DNA of 64,000 nucleotides from Alphaproteobacteria bacterium (GTDB lineage Bacteria; Pseudomonadota; Alphaproteobacteria; CAAHEQ01; UBA3637): NCBI GenBank assembly GCA_045611705.1, contig JAZKXR010000007.1, positions 248,662 to 312,661 of the forward strand, read 5' to 3'. Shown piece by piece: positions 61,760 to 64,000 of this stretch (position 1 is its first letter; each line of letters starts with the position of its first letter). The notes under the pieces were generated by a model. It saw only the letters and a program-made list of their open reading frames with translations, ran no database searches and was not told where the DNA came from. The position numbers and the translations under genes were made by a program.

Positions 61760-61777
61760 TCGAATATTTCACAACAA

Positions 61778-61806
61778 AAAAATCCCCTCGTTTGAGGGGA
61801 TTTTTT
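61778..61806 (+). terminator. Rho-independent terminator
   Basis: AAATCCCCTCG(TTT)GAGGGGATTTTTTCG. Confidence 0.7.
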
Positions 61807-61831
61807 CGTACAATAACTAGATATTTTTATA

Positions 61832-62821
61832 TTAATCCATTTTACAAAAACCGCCACCGGCATTTATATAACCATCTGGACGCGCATTATTATAATTGCC
61901 ATTACGCGTTTTACAAGCTGTTGTATTTGTCCAATAACATGATTCATTATGTTTTCCAAAGGATGGCGTACATTTCTTAAATTCAGACCAAATTTTTTCC
62001 ATTTCCGCTTTAGAAACCGTTTTTCCCCCTTTCCCTTTGCACCAATTTTGAGCATCGGTATAATCAAAATATCCCCAATGACAATTACCGGAATAATCTT
62101 CATTATAATAATTACTTGCATAAAAACAGCCATGATTATTGCTACAAGAGGTTCTTCCTGGAATGGCTTCTCTGCATCGGCGTGTAAACTCTTCATGAGT
62201 GTTATAACAATATAACTGACCTTCAAACATAAAACCCAGAGCATCATCACCACAACGTTCTATTTTTCCCAAGCACTTTTGAGATTCTGACAAACAGGTT
62301 TTGCTTTGCAAATTACAAATTTTATTATCGTAGCAATCAGTATCCTTTAAACATTCAACACAGATGTCATTATAAACAAATCTTTTTGTTGGATCTTTCA
62401 ACTGCTTTTCACCATTCACACAGTTATAACAAGCATCAAAAGTCCCATTTACCGAAACACATTTTCCCAGGTCTCTATCAAAATCCTGACAATCAGGACA
62501 ACTCGGAACATGCTCACATTTTTCAGTGTTTTTATTACAGTATTGATTTGAAGGGCAAGTTTTCTTTAATGACAAAATACACCCCTTTTCATTTTTTGTA
62601 TCCGAAACACAACTTGTCCCTTCAACAGGTGCTGGACAACATTCACCTTCGCCTGTTTCTGTATTTTCAACACAATCATGTTCGCAAAACATTTCCAAAC
62701 ATGAATATTCAGGTGGGGTTTTATAACCACCCTTGGTTGAATCAAATTCATATCTGTTCCATCCGGCATAAACCATGGATGATGAAAGCATCAAAGCCGT
62801 CAATAAAGATATTTTTTTCAT
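61832..62821 (-). CDS. Cysteine-rich secreted protein (~329 aa mature precursor, ~50 Cys), eukaryote-like extracellular module
   Basis: Signal peptide MKKISLLTALMLSSSMVYA with GGGAGG RBS. Dense Cys spacing (CPDCQDF..C..C.NC..). The C-terminal block AQNWCKGKGGKTVSKAEMEKIW weakly resembles the C-type lectin core. The ORF-track GTG-extended start at 62872 is unlikely. Confidence 0.65.
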   Translation of the reverse strand: MKKISLLTALMLSSSMVYAGWNRYEFDSTKGGYKTPPEYSCLEMFCEHDCVENTETGEGECCPAPVEGTSCVSDTKNEKGCILSLKKTCPSNQYCNKNTEKCEHVPSCPDCQDFDRDLGKCVSVNGTFDACYNCVNGEKQLKDPTKRFVYNDICVECLKDTDCYDNKICNLQSKTCLSESQKCLGKIERCGDDALGFMFEGQLYCYNTHEEFTRRCREAIPGRTSCSNNHGCFYASNYYNEDYSGNCHWGYFDYTDAQNWCKGKGGKTVSKAEMEKIWSEFKKCTPSFGKHNESCYWTNTTACKTRNGNYNNARPDGYINAGGGFCKMD

Positions 62822-63088
62822 TAAAACCTCCCTTGTTTTATAAATTGTAAATTTGTGATAAAAAACACGCACCCAGTTTTATCCCAAACGCGTGTGATTA
62901 AAACTGACAGTCGGACAGGGTTATCTTGGCGATACCTCCCATGATATTTTCCTTATTTTTCAAGGACTTATTTGTTGTTTTAGCCGTTTTTTTGAATAAC
63001 AATGTCATTGTTTTTTCTTTCATAAAAAACAATCTATATTATATTTTATTTGATGTCAAGAAAAAACTTATTAAATATTCCAGACAAA

Positions 63089-64000
63089 CTATTCGGCTTC
63101 TTCGCGGGCCATTTCGGTTTTGGGTGTAATTCCCAAAGTCATTAAACCGTTTTTCAAAACCTGCTGTACAGCCAAGACCAAAGCCAAGTTTTTGCGTGTT
63201 TTGGACATATCATTTGCATCCACAAAACGATGACCACTTTTGGCACCCAAAGTCCATACACTGTGGAACAAACCGGCAATATCGTATAAATAACCGGCCA
63301 ACAAATGTGGCGCTTTATTTTGGGCAGAAACTTCCACAATGCGTGTTAAACCCAACATTTTTTGAATCAATTCACGTTCTGTTTCATTGGCATCTTGATA
63401 TAAATTTTTATCCAAGTCAGCTTCTTCAACTTTACGACCGAAAGTTTTTTCATAGGTATTTAACACTGAATAAGTCCGTGCCGAAGCATATTGAATATAA
63501 AACACAGGATTATCTTTGGATTGTTCTTTTGTTTTGGCCAAATCAAAGCTCATCTGACTGTCAGCCGATTTTGTCAACATAAACAAACGTAAAGCATCGG
63601 CATCAATTTCATCCAAAATATCATCCACCATCACAAAATTACCGGCCCGTTTGGACATACGGAAAGGCTTACCGTCTTTTTGCAAACTGACCACTTGACA
63701 TAAGGCAATATCCAAGGTTGCTTTATCGTCTGTCAGGGCTTTGACCGAAGCCTTTAAACGTTTCACATAACCGCCATGATCGGCACCAAAGATATCCACC
63801 ATTTGGGTAAATCCACGGTTAAATTTATCCACGTGATAAGCAATATCAGATGTAAAATATGTTTTGGAACCGTCAGCACGCAAAATCACACGATCACCAT
63901 CATCACCAAATTCGGATGATTTAAACAAAGTCTGCTCAACAGGGGCCCAATCTTCGGCTTCTTCGCCTTTGGGTTTTGGCAATACGCCTTTATACAACAG
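63089..64000 (-). CDS. argS: Arginine--tRNA ligase (C-terminal portion; N-terminus beyond window)
   Basis: DALR anticodon-binding domain (IDADALRLFMLTKSADSQMSFD...FYIQYASAR) and an upstream catalytic-core fragment. The ORF continues past 64000. Confidence 0.85.
   Translation of the reverse strand: MLYKGVLPKPKGEEAEDWAPVEQTLFKSSEFGDDGDRVILRADGSKTYFTSDIAYHVDKFNRGFTQMVDIFGADHGGYVKRLKASVKALTDDKATLDIALCQVVSLQKDGKPFRMSKRAGNFVMVDDILDEIDADALRLFMLTKSADSQMSFDLAKTKEQSKDNPVFYIQYASARTYSVLNTYEKTFGRKVEEADLDKNLYQDANETERELIQKMLGLTRIVEVSAQNKAPHLLAGYLYDIAGLFHSVWTLGAKSGHRFVDANDMSKTRKNLALVLAVQQVLKNGLMTLGITPKTEMAREEAE

Noticed and set aside
61792-62253. ORFs 61792..61980(+), 61864..62253(-), 61949..62215(+) and 62386..62850(+)
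   Set aside because: They overlap the Cys-rich secreted-protein gene in other frames, start at TTG/GTG without RBS, and have junk His/Asn-rich or hydrophobic composition.

Overview
The window is AT-rich (roughly 35% GC by eye) and mostly gene-dense. It most likely comes from a host-associated alphaproteobacterium. Taxon evidence is GcrA, IHF-beta, a short alphaproteobacterial-type HprK in an hprK-manX-ptsH cluster, lepB-rnc-era-recO synteny, and an alpha-type RpoD with an acidic insertion.

Core housekeeping genes present:
- phoH-ybeY-corC
- rpoD
- sufBCDS plus a DUF59/SufT-like gene
- pyk, pgk, dut
- ettA
- nadK
- ihfB, accD
- lysS
- xseB, nth, gcrA, polA
- glgX, glgB
- argS (partial)
- tRNA-Arg(CCT) and tRNA-Lys(TTT)

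Accessory and unusual content:
1. A complete nine-gene N-type ATPase operon (atpDCQRBEFAG order, no delta subunit) whose c-subunit carries the full Na+-binding ligand set.
2. A partial repeat-rich ORF of more than 1400 aa with ankyrin-like, coiled-coil and tandem-repeat regions, preceded by a stand-alone LuxR-type HTH gene.
3. A GT10 alpha-1,3-fucosyltransferase-like gene.
4. A cysteine-rich secreted protein that looks eukaryote-like.
5. A His/Cys-rich metal-binding protein.
6. A YpsA/SLOG (DUF1273) gene beside tRNA-Lys. The tRNA 3' end plus a terminator hairpin is repeated three times, which looks like integration scars, and a GC-rich structured intergenic block sits next to it.
7. A duplicated ~240-bp leader or sRNA-like element with a terminator hairpin and a G8/G9 homopolymer tract, placed upstream of two unrelated hypothetical genes that flank ettA.
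8. A duplicated sigma70 promoter module, one copy of which is orphaned.
9. A (TG)10 microsatellite in an intergenic region.

No CRISPR array, transposase or integrase was seen. Coordinates that I derived by hand (RNA genes, promoters, terminators, adjusted starts) are accurate to about +/-3 nt.
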